Virus record (IMG/VR): IMGVR_UViG_3300039008_000027
Span: 1-46,152 of that record
DNA: 46,152 nt
Strand: one strand, 5' to 3'
Origin: a virus
Each line of letters opens with the position of its first letter. The first letter of the stretch is position 1. Under the pieces are notes generated by a model. That model was not told the origin of the DNA, made no database searches, and saw only the letters and a list, made by a program, of their open reading frames with translations. Positions 34,709-43,044 of this stretch are shown here, piece by piece. A program made the position numbers and the translations under genes.

Positions 34709-35722
34709 TTATAAATCCTCCACTCTTACTACCGGACTATTCTCAGGGTCTTTAGGATTCCAGACACGAATCGGCATACTCGCTAAGATTTTATGCTGGA
34801 ACTTACTGCGGCAAACCTCGGTGAACTTGCATCCACCATATGCAGCACACCCGTCTGCGAGGTCATACCCCCACTGATTCGATTCCCAAGCTGCCACCAT
34901 CTTGGCAAAGTCGCCATTGACTTGCTGCCACCAAAGCTCAAGTAGGTATTCCGGAAAGGATACTGGAACCTCCATATGCTTAATTGTGGTTTTAAGAATG
35001 CCCGTACCACGAGCGATAACACCGATTGCTGGAATGCCAAGCAGCTTACGGGCGGCATATGTATATCCAAGAAACTGCGCTCGCATGTCCCATTGCCGTG
35101 CCCAACTGGTGCCAAGACTGGTAGTTGTCTTGTCATCCCCCAGCCAGATAGACCCGTCTCTATTTTCCACGTAATCAAATCGGAAGCTATATAACAGTGG
35201 CTTCCCTGTTGTAGGGTGACACACATCCAACTCGAGAACTCCCCCGAGCTCAGAGGCTGGTTCTCCCAGGTGATAATACATTTTCCCTCGGGCAAGTTTA
35301 GGATGATACTCCGTCCAGTAATCAAGAAAAGCTGACACAAGTCTGTCGCACGACTTAGGACTGTCCTTCCAACCGTCCGAAGCCTCTCGCTGCTCATCGT
35401 ATCCATAATGCTCGATAAGAGCCACGATTCCCTTATCCAAGGCTCGCTCATAGTTTTTATAATCCCCCGACTCTTTGGTGAAGAAAGATTTTCTGAAAGC
35501 ATCATGCCCTGCTGCATACGCACCGCCCGCAACTAAGTGAATGCTGTCAGTACCCGTCGCACGGCAAAGAAAGTGCTCATTAAAGCAGCTTCTCTCGCAC
35601 TTGCGAAACGCACTTCTCAGCGTATTGTCAACAGTCTCCGGAAACGGAGGGCGGTTTTTGCCCTCCATAAAACTCCGAACACTATTACTTTTTAAAAAGT
35701 CACAACGTTCTTGAGCTTCCAT
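34709..35722 (-). CDS. PD-(D/E)XK exonuclease with Cas4-like Fe-S cysteines
   Basis: 337 aa. N-terminal Cys (RKCERSCF) plus C-terminal CAAYGGCKFTEVC. Nuclease core DYVENRDGSIWLGDDKTT. Confidence 0.7.
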   Translation of the reverse strand: MEAQERCDFLKSNSVRSFMEGKNRPPFPETVDNTLRSAFRKCERSCFNEHFLCRATGTDSIHLVAGGAYAAGHDAFRKSFFTKESGDYKNYERALDKGIVALIEHYGYDEQREASDGWKDSPKSCDRLVSAFLDYWTEYHPKLARGKMYYHLGEPASELGGVLELDVCHPTTGKPLLYSFRFDYVENRDGSIWLGDDKTTTSLGTSWARQWDMRAQFLGYTYAARKLLGIPAIGVIARGTGILKTTIKHMEVPVSFPEYLLELWWQQVNGDFAKMVAAWESNQWGYDLADGCAAYGGCKFTEVCRSKFQHKILASMPIRVWNPKDPENSPVVRVEDL

Positions 35723-36006
35723 TACAGACTCCCCAAAATCCCTGACAGCAAAGAGTCAGTATCCACCTTCTTAGCTTTCTTAGGTGCTGCTCTCTTAGCT
35801 GGCGCTTTCTTCTTAGCATGTGAAGCCTGAGCCTCACGTCCGTACATCACACGAATCTTTTTCAAGTTCTCTGCCAACTCTTCAGCCGGAATAGCTTCCC
35901 CGTTGGCAATACGTCTCCGGCAGTCGATGAGAGTCTTGCGACTCTCCTCCATCTGTTCCGGTGAAAACTTTTGATTCAGAATGTCATCAACATCTATCTG
36001 ACTCAC
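35722..36006 (-). CDS. Hypothetical protein with a Lys-rich tail and terminal LL peptide
   Basis: 94 aa. Ends in KKAPAKRAAPKKAKKVDTDSLLSGILGSL. Coupled to both neighbours. Confidence 0.65.
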   Translation of the reverse strand: MSQIDVDDILNQKFSPEQMEESRKTLIDCRRRIANGEAIPAEELAENLKKIRVMYGREAQASHAKKKAPAKRAAPKKAKKVDTDSLLSGILGSL

Positions 36007-36224
36007 AGTTCCATCTCCAATATTTCATTAAGTAGTTCATCGCTAATTGCTTCGCGCTCTCTCAAGTCCCGCGCAATTAACTTCTCCAAGTACAGGCGCA
36101 TACTACCGTACTGAATGCGCCCAGGTTTCATAGGGTCTTCGAGAAGGCTGAACACCTTCTCCCCTAAGTCTTCACGAACCCGAACCAGACCCAAAGTCTT
36201 AGTCGGGGTAGTCTGCTTGGCCAT
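36003..36224 (-). CDS. Hypothetical small protein
   Basis: 73 aa, with 4-nt and 1-nt overlaps to its neighbours. Confidence 0.6.
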   Translation of the reverse strand: MAKQTTPTKTLGLVRVREDLGEKVFSLLEDPMKPGRIQYGSMRLYLEKLIARDLREREAISDELLNEILEMEL

Positions 36225-37651
36225 TAACCCTCCCCAGATATATGTACCAGTTTAAACATTGCCCGTGTCTGCGCAACATACTTCAAGTTCATTTCCTGCT
36301 GCATTTGCGCTTCCGTCTTAGCATATTTACTAGGCATTAGCTCAGGCATCAAGATAACAACCACACTCGCTTCCAAACCTTTCGCACCGTGTACAGTACT
36401 CAGCGTAACACCGTACCGCGAGTTCATCATAAGCTCCAGCTTACTAATAATCTCCCCGACACTAGTACACTCTTTCTGAAGCATCCAAAGACAGTTAAAC
36501 TTATCTTCTTCTCTTTCCAGAACGCCCCACTTACATTTCTTCGTAAGCTCTGCTTCTTGCTTTTTCCACCATTCCGTCAGTCTTTCACGGAACTCTGGAA
36601 TGTCATCAGTCTTAAACGCTTTCACAAAGCGCTGCATCATCGCCGGAAACTTACCAGTCATCTTGAATGGCGTACGTTGTTTCAGCAACTTCAAAGCTAC
36701 TCCAAACAACGGAGCATTTTGACGACAGATAATCATATCGTTCTCGCTCGTAAAGTCCATCAGTTTATCCGGAGTATGATGCTCCACATAACCATCCGGC
36801 GCGCCAGGTCGTGCTTTAAAGTGAGGAACAATCTCACGCGCCAGCTTAGCAACATTCTCCGGACAACGCCAGCTAATGCTCATCGTATACTGATGACAAC
36901 CAAACATAGTCTTAATGTCCGGCATACTATTCGAGCCCGCCCCGCGGAAACCATAAATAGCCTGATAACTGTCACCCACTGCGATAACACGGTTAGCCAT
37001 TTCATTCAACAGAGCTAACTGCACACCGTTCGTATCCTGCGCTTCATCCACAAACACAGTATGATAACGGTGCATCGACCAGCCACGTTCCTTAATAAAC
37101 TTCAGCGTCATATACAGCATGTCATCAAAATCAACATCCTGCAGATTACGCTCATTAGCTCTCAGAATCTGACGAGCCGCAATACAAATCGCTTCATTCT
37201 CAACTTCTTCAGAAACAATATCATAATTCTCTCGAAGCTCTTCAAAAATCTCCGGCTTAGCAGGCTCAAAGATACCTACACCTGCGTTCTTCGCAACACT
37301 CACCAGGCGAGCAACTTCCGGCTTGGCACTCCCAACACCTTCGGTAATCTTATCCAGCAAATCATAACTCTTATACTGATTCACCTTCGCGCCTCTCGGC
37401 AGTCGCTCTTTCAAGAACTGCCAGCACACGCTATGGAACGTACTTGCCTGGCAATGTTCAGGCAGCTTATTACTCAACTCCTGAACAATCTTCTTGTTAA
37501 AGGCAAGAAAGATACTGTTGCTCGGCACGCTTTGCGCTGCTTCAACAATCACACTCGTCTTACCAGACCCTGCAACACTTTCAATAATCAGGTTATCTTC
37601 TGTGTTTGCCACTCCGTTCAAAATCGCTTGTTGCTCATCTGACCACATCAT
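36224..37651 (-). CDS. UvrD/PcrA-type SF1 DNA helicase
   Basis: Motif I ESVAGSGKTS, motif II VFVDEAQDTN, motif III VGDSYQAIYGFRGA, motif V/VI TVHGAKGLEA ... YVAQTRA. Confidence 0.9.
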   Translation of the reverse strand: MMWSDEQQAILNGVANTEDNLIIESVAGSGKTSVIVEAAQSVPSNSIFLAFNKKIVQELSNKLPEHCQASTFHSVCWQFLKERLPRGAKVNQYKSYDLLDKITEGVGSAKPEVARLVSVAKNAGVGIFEPAKPEIFEELRENYDIVSEEVENEAICIAARQILRANERNLQDVDFDDMLYMTLKFIKERGWSMHRYHTVFVDEAQDTNGVQLALLNEMANRVIAVGDSYQAIYGFRGAGSNSMPDIKTMFGCHQYTMSISWRCPENVAKLAREIVPHFKARPGAPDGYVEHHTPDKLMDFTSENDMIICRQNAPLFGVALKLLKQRTPFKMTGKFPAMMQRFVKAFKTDDIPEFRERLTEWWKKQEAELTKKCKWGVLEREEDKFNCLWMLQKECTSVGEIISKLELMMNSRYGVTLSTVHGAKGLEASVVVILMPELMPSKYAKTEAQMQQEMNLKYVAQTRAMFKLVHISGEG

Positions 37652-38073
37652 TGTACATTTCCTCTTAATTTAACCATTATTGGTTTCAGTTTTTCTAAAG
37701 TGTTAGGCTCAATCAACTTATCAGCGCATTCAAATGCGAGCCACTCACGACGCTCTCGCCTCGCCTCAAGTTCCATCTTACTATATTCCAGAACAGAATC
37801 CTGCAATTCCACATGAAGCTGCCCGACATTAATCAGAGCATCCTTCAAAAACTCCCTCACACACCCAGGAACACCCAACACCAACTCTTCCTGCGGATGC
37901 TCCAACTGCGCCAGCGTACCCAAAATAACACATGCTGACGGTGGATGCCCTACCCCAATTTCCTGAGCAAGACGAGGAAGCAATCCATCAACACCTCCCA
38001 TTGTCGAGATAACCTGCAACATGCAAATCGACTCACTCAAAACCTTCTGCTCTTCTCTATTTAACACGACCAT
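37648..38073 (-). CDS. Hypothetical protein
   Basis: 141 aa with a GAGG RBS. Overlaps its neighbours by 17 and 4 nt. Confidence 0.65.
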   Translation of the reverse strand: MVVLNREEQKVLSESICMLQVISTMGGVDGLLPRLAQEIGVGHPPSACVILGTLAQLEHPQEELVLGVPGCVREFLKDALINVGQLHVELQDSVLEYSKMELEARRERREWLAFECADKLIEPNTLEKLKPIMVKLRGNVQ

Positions 38074-38260
38074 TTTTTAACCTCGCATATCCGGCAACTA
38101 AACATCTATTCACAGCATACTGCTTTGTCTCATTGTAAGCAGCTCTCGCATCCTTGCACATATCCTGCACTGCCTTATTAGGCACATACACTGACTGATA
38201 AACCGAAAAGCTAATCGCAAACAACACAAACATTAACATAGGAAACAAAAACTTTTTCAT
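38057..38260 (-). CDS. Small signal-anchored / secreted protein
   Basis: 67 aa. N-terminus MKKFLFPMLMFVLFAISFSVY is a signal or anchor sequence. ATGA coupling with the upstream gene. Confidence 0.6.
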   Translation of the reverse strand: MKKFLFPMLMFVLFAISFSVYQSVYVPNKAVQDMCKDARAAYNETKQYAVNRCLVAGYARLKNGRVK

Positions 38261-38745
38261 TTCTTCTCTCCAAACACCGCTTCAAGCAGCGCATCAACTT
38301 CGCCTTCACTCACAGGCTCAATACTATCCAAGGCATCTTGACTTACAACCGTCTTAATCTCGCCTTCCAAGAAACACTCTTCGCAATTGGCAACAGTGCT
38401 GGTATGTTCAACCATTTCTCTCGGCGCTTGCAAATCCTCTTCATCAATAAAGCGCGTTTGCAGTTTGTTACCGTGCTTATCAACTTTCTCGCAAAGCACA
38501 TGCTTGTTAACATGTCTGTGCTCACGCCCGCAACACATACAAACTGTAGTATTCACAATCAAAACCAGCCGTGTAGTTTTCAAGCTCGGCTTATTCAAAC
38601 GAGGAGTTGCTATGGCTTCATCCATCAGCGTTTTTTCTTTCTTCTTCTTCTTCTCTTTACCCGCGTCCTCAAGAGCCACGCCTTTATCCAAGTTAGTCAG
38701 AAGATTACCAAGCAGCGCATTCACATCAACTTTTTTCTTAGCCAT
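38257..38745 (-). CDS. Hypothetical zinc-ribbon protein
   Basis: 162 aa. CMCCGREH...NCEECF Cys pairs. N-terminus MAKKKVDVNALLGNLL and a poly-Lys tract. Confidence 0.65.
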   Translation of the reverse strand: MAKKKVDVNALLGNLLTNLDKGVALEDAGKEKKKKKEKTLMDEAIATPRLNKPSLKTTRLVLIVNTTVCMCCGREHRHVNKHVLCEKVDKHGNKLQTRFIDEEDLQAPREMVEHTSTVANCEECFLEGEIKTVVSQDALDSIEPVSEGEVDALLEAVFGEKK

Positions 38746-38912
38746 TACTTGTTCTCCTTCTTACTCATTTTCAAAAGTTCTTCCACCATCATTGCCATAT
38801 CTTCTGGCAAAAGCTCAACAGAACCCTGGATTTGACTGCCTTTGTACTGAGTGATAACCCACTTACCATTCTTCAGCACCCAGCTTGCTGTCTTAGTCTG
38901 AAATGTTTTCAT
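38745..38912 (-). CDS. Small hypothetical protein (55 aa), not in the ORF track
   Basis: GAGGAA RBS 6 nt upstream of ATG 38912. Product is MKTFQTKTASWVLKNGKWVITQYKGSQIQGSVELLPEDMAMMVEELLKMSKKENK. Its stop overlaps the next ATG (TAATG). Confidence 0.55.
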   Translation of the reverse strand: MKTFQTKTASWVLKNGKWVITQYKGSQIQGSVELLPEDMAMMVEELLKMSKKENK

Positions 38913-39002
38913 AACAATTCCTCGTTTGCCCCCTCACTCATTCGCACCAGTGAAGGATAAGTCTGTGTGGTGCGCCACATTATAAAATGTCACTTTACAC
39001 GA

Positions 39003-39031
39003 ATTATATAATATATTCCCTACACTCGCAA
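39003..39031 (-). promoter_or_regulatory. Sigma70-like promoter (TTGCGA-N17-TATAAT) on the minus strand
   Basis: -35 is the reverse complement of 39026-39031 and -10 of 39003-39008, inside a perfect ATTATATAAT (39003-39012). Lies about 90 nt upstream of ATG 38912. Confidence 0.6.
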
Positions 39032-39035
39032 CCCT

Positions 39036-39464
39036 TTAAAGCGCCTCCAAAAGTTTGTCAAGCAGCCCCTTCTCCTTAGGCTGCAAGTGCAAAAAAGGTT
39101 TTAAAAACTCTGGCTCCCCTTCTTCCCAGGTCAAGCGTTGTCCCAACTTCCAGGCTTCCTTCACCCTTTCTATAAAATCCTCCTTGTGAATACGAATTTC
39201 TTGCTGGTCAAACAGCGGACTCATATTCGCAGCAAACGGCAACGTATCACACGCCTCCCACAAATGACACTCCACTTCCAGCCCCATCTCTTGAACAAAG
39301 TGCAGATACCATTGCCCTTGCTCCCAACACAACAAACTAAAGTGCTCTTCGTCCTTAAACAACGCAAGCACTGCCAAACCAAACTCTCCCTTCCACTCTT
39401 TAGGAATATACGCAGCAGCCCATTCTGCTCTATCTGCCAGTTTAAACATAATAAAAAACCCCAT
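39036..39464 (-). CDS. Hypothetical protein
   Basis: 142 aa (or 137 aa from ATG 39449). No clear RBS. Trp-rich. C-terminus is KGLLDKLLEAL. Confidence 0.55.
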   Translation of the reverse strand: MGFFIMFKLADRAEWAAAYIPKEWKGEFGLAVLALFKDEEHFSLLCWEQGQWYLHFVQEMGLEVECHLWEACDTLPFAANMSPLFDQQEIRIHKEDFIERVKEAWKLGQRLTWEEGEPEFLKPFLHLQPKEKGLLDKLLEAL

Positions 39465-39517
39465 GCAGTTAAATTACACCATAAGCATAACACAACTGCA
39501 CGGGGCTCGATACTACT

Positions 39518-39676
39518 TTAATCTTTCTTGCCATACCGCTCCGGATTAGGTTTCAAACTTATCCCAGTTTTCTTCCTCGAAGCTTTGACAATCTCTTCCA
39601 GACTCTTACAATCACCAAAATCCTGCAAGAAATTCTTTCGCCAATATTCTGGCACATGCCTTGACACACTTCCCAT
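39518..39676 (-). CDS. Small basic hypothetical protein (52 aa)
   Basis: AGGAGGAAGTGT precedes ATG 39676 (track ORF starts at 39745). Product is MGSVSRHVPEYWRKNFLQDFGDCKSLEEIVKASRKKTGISLKPNPERYGKKD. Confidence 0.55.
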   Translation of the reverse strand: MGSVSRHVPEYWRKNFLQDFGDCKSLEEIVKASRKKTGISLKPNPERYGKKD

Positions 39677-39686
39677 ACACTTCCTC

Positions 39687-39920
39687 CTATATAGAGTCCA
39701 AAAAGGTTGTAAGATATTGCAACTCTTTATCAATGCCCTCAGCATCTAGCAAGGGAACTCTGTCATGAGCTTCTTCCATGCCTTCTTGCTCAACGCCCTG
39801 GGAATTCACAAAACCTCTTTCAAAAGCATCTTCCAGGCTCATAGCACCTCGCGCAAAATCTTCTCGAGCGCACTCTTCTTCCACAACTTGCTGTAGAAAG
39901 TAATCAGCCATTTCTCCCAT
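39687..39920 (-). CDS. Small acidic hypothetical protein (77 aa)
   Basis: GGGAGGAAGTGT precedes ATG 39920. Strongly acidic (many E/D) with no Cys-pair motifs. Confidence 0.6.
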   Translation of the reverse strand: MGEMADYFLQQVVEEECAREDFARGAMSLEDAFERGFVNSQGVEQEGMEEAHDRVPLLDAEGIDKELQYLTTFLDSI

Positions 39921-40082
39921 ACACTTCCTCCCGTTGAATCAGCAATTTAACAATCGCTGTCGCGATTGAAATTCCGGTCGAGGCGGGACTAGCTTCCCCG
40001 CGAACGCCGTTAAGAGCCTGTCGTCGGCGAGCCGCCGCCATGCCAAACGTAGCGCCCGCGAAAAAGCTCGTCTATCCGCCTC

Positions 40083-40955
40083 TTATTCAACTACCTTCAA
40101 TCCCAGCTTTTCAGCTTGTTGCTTGATACGCTTCTTCTCATAAGCCTGGTTCTTTTCTTCCTGGGCTTTCTGCTCGGCGGCCTTCTCTTCCAGATACTTA
40201 GTTTCCTTCTCTGGCAAAGTAACACCCGCCTCCTGCATCTCCCGCAAAACCCGCACATGCCAGTGGTGTCCGGTCTTACCCATCTTCTCCAGGTACTCTT
40301 CCAGACGTTTAACACAATCTTCTTTCGTCCGGCCAATTACGCAGTGTTTCGTATCACCGCTATCATCCGAGTACTTGTGCAAACACCAGTCGAAGAAATC
40401 CACCCACTTCCCTTCACGTTTCTCCGTCTGAATGCTGACCATCCGCATCCCGTAATCTCCCTTCAGCTCGCTAACCTTGCAAAGCTCAAAGCCGCCGTAC
40501 CCTCCCCAGCCCGCGACCCAGAGGTCAACGCCCTCCACGAAGTCACACAAATACTCCAGCTGAGGGAACTTCTTGCTAACCCCTTCTAGCCGCTTCTTCA
40601 AGGCCTCCGTATCCTTCACCAAAGCCGCCCGCTCATTTCGTGACTTATCCGCCAGCCCTTTCCAGTACTCGGCTTGCTGCTTAGCCCGCGCAATATCCTC
40701 GTCCAGATACTTCGGTACAAGTTGCTTCGGCTTCTCCGTCCACAGCTCATCCTTGCTATAAACCACGAACTGACCCGTGCCTTCCAGCTCCTCCCCGCAA
40801 GGTTCACCGTTATAATCCTGCGTCCAGCTCAGTCCCAACACTTCAACCAGAACCTCACCGTTACCCAAGTCCCTGTCAAACCCGAAACACAGCCCTCTCT
40901 TATCGAAGACCTCAGCCCCCACTTTCAACTCACCTTTAAACTCACTCAGTTTCAT
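40083..40955 (-). CDS. Hypothetical protein with a central and C-terminal coiled coil
   Basis: 290 aa. ATGA coupling to the upstream micro-ORF. No motif recognised. Confidence 0.7.
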   Translation of the reverse strand: MKLSEFKGELKVGAEVFDKRGLCFGFDRDLGNGEVLVEVLGLSWTQDYNGEPCGEELEGTGQFVVYSKDELWTEKPKQLVPKYLDEDIARAKQQAEYWKGLADKSRNERAALVKDTEALKKRLEGVSKKFPQLEYLCDFVEGVDLWVAGWGGYGGFELCKVSELKGDYGMRMVSIQTEKREGKWVDFFDWCLHKYSDDSGDTKHCVIGRTKEDCVKRLEEYLEKMGKTGHHWHVRVLREMQEAGVTLPEKETKYLEEKAAEQKAQEEKNQAYEKKRIKQQAEKLGLKVVE

Positions 40956-41062
40956 TCCTTATCTCCTAACATGTAACCTACTCCAAAGCAGAAACATACA
41001 GTTCCCGCCCAAACCCAAAACAAATGCCAGACATTAACTGTCACCAGATACTCTGTCACCAT
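40952..41062 (-). CDS. Micro membrane protein (36 aa), not in the ORF track
   Basis: Product is MVTEYLVTVNVWHLFWVWAGTVCFCFGVGYMLGDKE. The start overlaps the upstream stop (ATGGTGA) and the stop overlaps the downstream start (ATGA). Confidence 0.5.
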   Translation of the reverse strand: MVTEYLVTVNVWHLFWVWAGTVCFCFGVGYMLGDKE

Positions 41063-41415
41063 TTATCCTCCAGCCTCTCAACGTCAGCTTCTAAATCCCG
41101 AACCTGCCCCCTTAGGGTATCAGCCTCTTCCCGCGCTTCTTCCAGCTCCTTCTCCAATTCTTCAATCGCAGTCTGTGAGTCCTCGCCCCAAGAACGTAGC
41201 TGGCTATTCGCATCGCGAATCTCTTCCATCCGTTGTTCCCAGACCGTCCAATCAAACTCCTCCCAAGCTCCGTGCAGATTCTTCAGCTGCTCCACCGAAC
41301 ACTCATCAAACTCTGTCGCACAGTCCACATTATACGCCAGCGCTTCAACTTCATCCTTGCAAGCATCTACCAGAGGACACGTATACCCAACAGGCTCGCC
41401 CGTGATTCTACTCAC
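41056..41415 (-). CDS. Hypothetical acidic coiled-coil protein
   Basis: 119 aa with a GTG start and AGGAG 7 nt upstream. C-terminal half is a heptad-like EELEKELEEAREEADTLRGQV. Confidence 0.65.
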   Translation of the reverse strand: MSRITGEPVGYTCPLVDACKDEVEALAYNVDCATEFDECSVEQLKNLHGAWEEFDWTVWEQRMEEIRDANSQLRSWGEDSQTAIEELEKELEEAREEADTLRGQVRDLEADVERLEDKW

Positions 41416-41548
41416 TGCCTTTCTCCTCTCTCAAAAGTTCTCTAAACCCGCCAAACGCCAGGAATAGACCCACCGCAGTTAGAATACCCTGGTCATAACC
41501 CACCAGAGCAATCCCCGCCCAGAAACAAATAACACCCACAGCCTTCAT
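41408..41548 (-). CDS. Micro membrane protein (46 aa), not in the ORF track
   Basis: Product is MKAVGVICFWAGIALVGYDQGILTAVGLFLAFGGFRELLREEKGSE (two hydrophobic helices). ATG lies 3 nt after the upstream stop. The end overlaps the next GTG start. Confidence 0.5.
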   Translation of the reverse strand: MKAVGVICFWAGIALVGYDQGILTAVGLFLAFGGFRELLREEKGSE

Positions 41549-41551
41549 CTC

Positions 41552-41794
41552 CTACTCCCCGGCGAAGCCGGCCGCCCCAGCGGTCAAGCTAGCAGCTTTC
41601 ACAGCTCTCAGCTCAGGTTTATTTTCCACACAGGTCGGACAAATGTGGGAGCTCGGAAAACCGTCAACCTCACTTACCCACCACCCGCTACTTTCAAGCC
41701 TGGCATTTGCGGCTTCTTCATCGAGCGCCCAAATCTTCTCAGCATCCCCGCCACAATTCTGGTCACACACAACTAAAAACAGCTTCTTAAACAT
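41552..41794 (-). CDS. Hypothetical Cys-rich small protein
   Basis: 80 aa from ATG 41794 (GGGAG RBS; track start 41833). CDQNCGG ... HICPTC suggests a zinc ribbon. Confidence 0.55.
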   Translation of the reverse strand: MFKKLFLVVCDQNCGGDAEKIWALDEEAANARLESSGWWVSEVDGFPSSHICPTCVENKPELRAVKAASLTAGAAGFAGE

Positions 41795-41853
41795 ATCCAA
41801 TCTCCCGCCGAAGGCGGCTGCCCCAGGACTCAACCCAAGGCGAAGCCCCCAGC

Positions 41854-42546
41854 TTATACTCTATCAGCAGCCTCATCATTATTCAACTCTGGGTTAAAAC
41901 GTCCCAGAATATAATCAGGCCTTCTTTGGTCTGGTTGCGGGCAGGCTGCGGTAATACGCCAACCCTTCCCTAACTGAACTTGCAACTCATCCGAGCAACA
42001 ATCTTCAAGCAGCATAATATCATTATACGTACTCAGTGCCTGGCCTGGCATATGGACTTCACACCGCTGGTTATATTGGTCGCCTTCCTTCTGCACAACC
42101 ATCGCGCCCTTATCGCCCACCGTCTGAAAAGCACTGCTTGCATTCAGCGTCTTTTTAACAACCTGCTCAACTCTCAGCCCTTTGTCAACTTCCAGCATCT
42201 TCAGGTACACATCATCCGTAACCCAAACCGAGTCTCCTTCGCCTTCCAGCAATGGCCGACTCTCCCACTTCTTGTTTTCACTTTCCTTTGTCTCGCCTTC
42301 CGGTCTTTCCACCAGCTCGGCCAAATCAAAATCCGGCAAGAACTCCGCTAGCTTCTCAACTTTCTTGCGCTCCCGCAAATACTCATCATAGTGCCCATAA
42401 CTACCCGTACGCAGTTCCAGCTTAAACAATCTTATAACTAAATCTTCCACACTAACTCCTTCCCCCGCCATTCGGCGAAGTTTTTCTCCAAATAATCGGT
42501 TGTCCGCAGCAATCACTTTCCTCAAAAGTAACCCTGCCCCAACCAT
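41854..42546 (-). CDS. Hypothetical protein
   Basis: 230 aa from 42546, or 205 aa from ATG 42471. Neither start has a strong RBS. No motif recognised. Confidence 0.6.
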   Translation of the reverse strand: MVGAGLLLRKVIAADNRLFGEKLRRMAGEGVSVEDLVIRLFKLELRTGSYGHYDEYLRERKKVEKLAEFLPDFDLAELVERPEGETKESENKKWESRPLLEGEGDSVWVTDDVYLKMLEVDKGLRVEQVVKKTLNASSAFQTVGDKGAMVVQKEGDQYNQRCEVHMPGQALSTYNDIMLLEDCCSDELQVQLGKGWRITAACPQPDQRRPDYILGRFNPELNNDEAADRV

Positions 42547-42652
42547 CTTCGTACCAGTCCGCGTTCACTTCACACTCTTTCCGGCAAGCTTGGCAAACTG
42601 GAACATCACCGCGTTCAATCTTCTCTCTGAAAACCTTCTGGGATGCCGTCAT
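42452..42652 (-). CDS. Small Cys-rich hypothetical protein (66 aa)
   Basis: GGAG lies 7 nt upstream of ATG 42652 (track ORF 42452..42775). CQACRKEC ... CCG. Overlaps both neighbours. Confidence 0.45.
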   Translation of the reverse strand: MTASQKVFREKIERGDVPVCQACRKECEVNADWYEDGWGRVTFEESDCCGQPIIWRKTSPNGGGRS

Positions 42653-42992
42653 ACAATGTCTCCGCAAATTCCAGCAATTCACTTTCCAGGCGCGCCTTTT
42701 CTTGCACCTGAGCTTCCAAAGCGACAAGCAATGCAAACTTTTGAACCAAATCCAGCACACCAGACCCGTTCTCAATCCCTAACCCCGCAAGAGTATGGTT
42801 CGGATTGTTGCCAATCTGCACATCCTTACACTCCCCGAAGAAAGTACCACAACTCTTACCCGCAAACTGGTGGTCACCTCCACAAACATGTCTTTTATCA
42901 CGAGGAAACATAGCCCAAACTTTCTGGTACGCTTCCTGCCCTACTTTCGCAGCCTTCGCGTCGATTCTGCTTTGTAAACTAGCTAATTCCAT
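42615..42992 (-). CDS. Hypothetical protein
   Basis: 125 aa with a GGCGGAGG RBS. Lies directly downstream of an ATTATATAAT motif. Confidence 0.65.
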   Translation of the reverse strand: MELASLQSRIDAKAAKVGQEAYQKVWAMFPRDKRHVCGGDHQFAGKSCGTFFGECKDVQIGNNPNHTLAGLGIENGSGVLDLVQKFALLVALEAQVQEKARLESELLEFAETLYDGIPEGFQRED

Positions 42993-43017
42993 TTTAAACC
43001 TCCGCCCAAATGGGCAT

Positions 43018-43027
43018 ATTATATAAT
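43018..43027 (-). promoter_or_regulatory. ATTATATAAT motif, candidate -10 element for the gene starting at 42992
   Basis: Perfect palindromic 10-mer 26 nt upstream of ATG 42992, in the 52-nt gap after the first early gene. Confidence 0.4.
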
Positions 43028-43044
43028 TGAAAACTCAACGAATG

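Noticed and set aside
36389-37642. Plus-strand ORFs 36389..37018 (209 aa) and 37061..37642 (193 aa)
   Set aside because: They are antisense shadows of the UvrD-like helicase gene, whose SF1 motifs I-VI are all present on the minus strand.
39904-40041. 45-aa Ala/Arg-rich minus-strand ORF in the GC-rich island
   Set aside because: It has no RBS, its composition is driven by GC content, and it runs into the next gene start in another frame.
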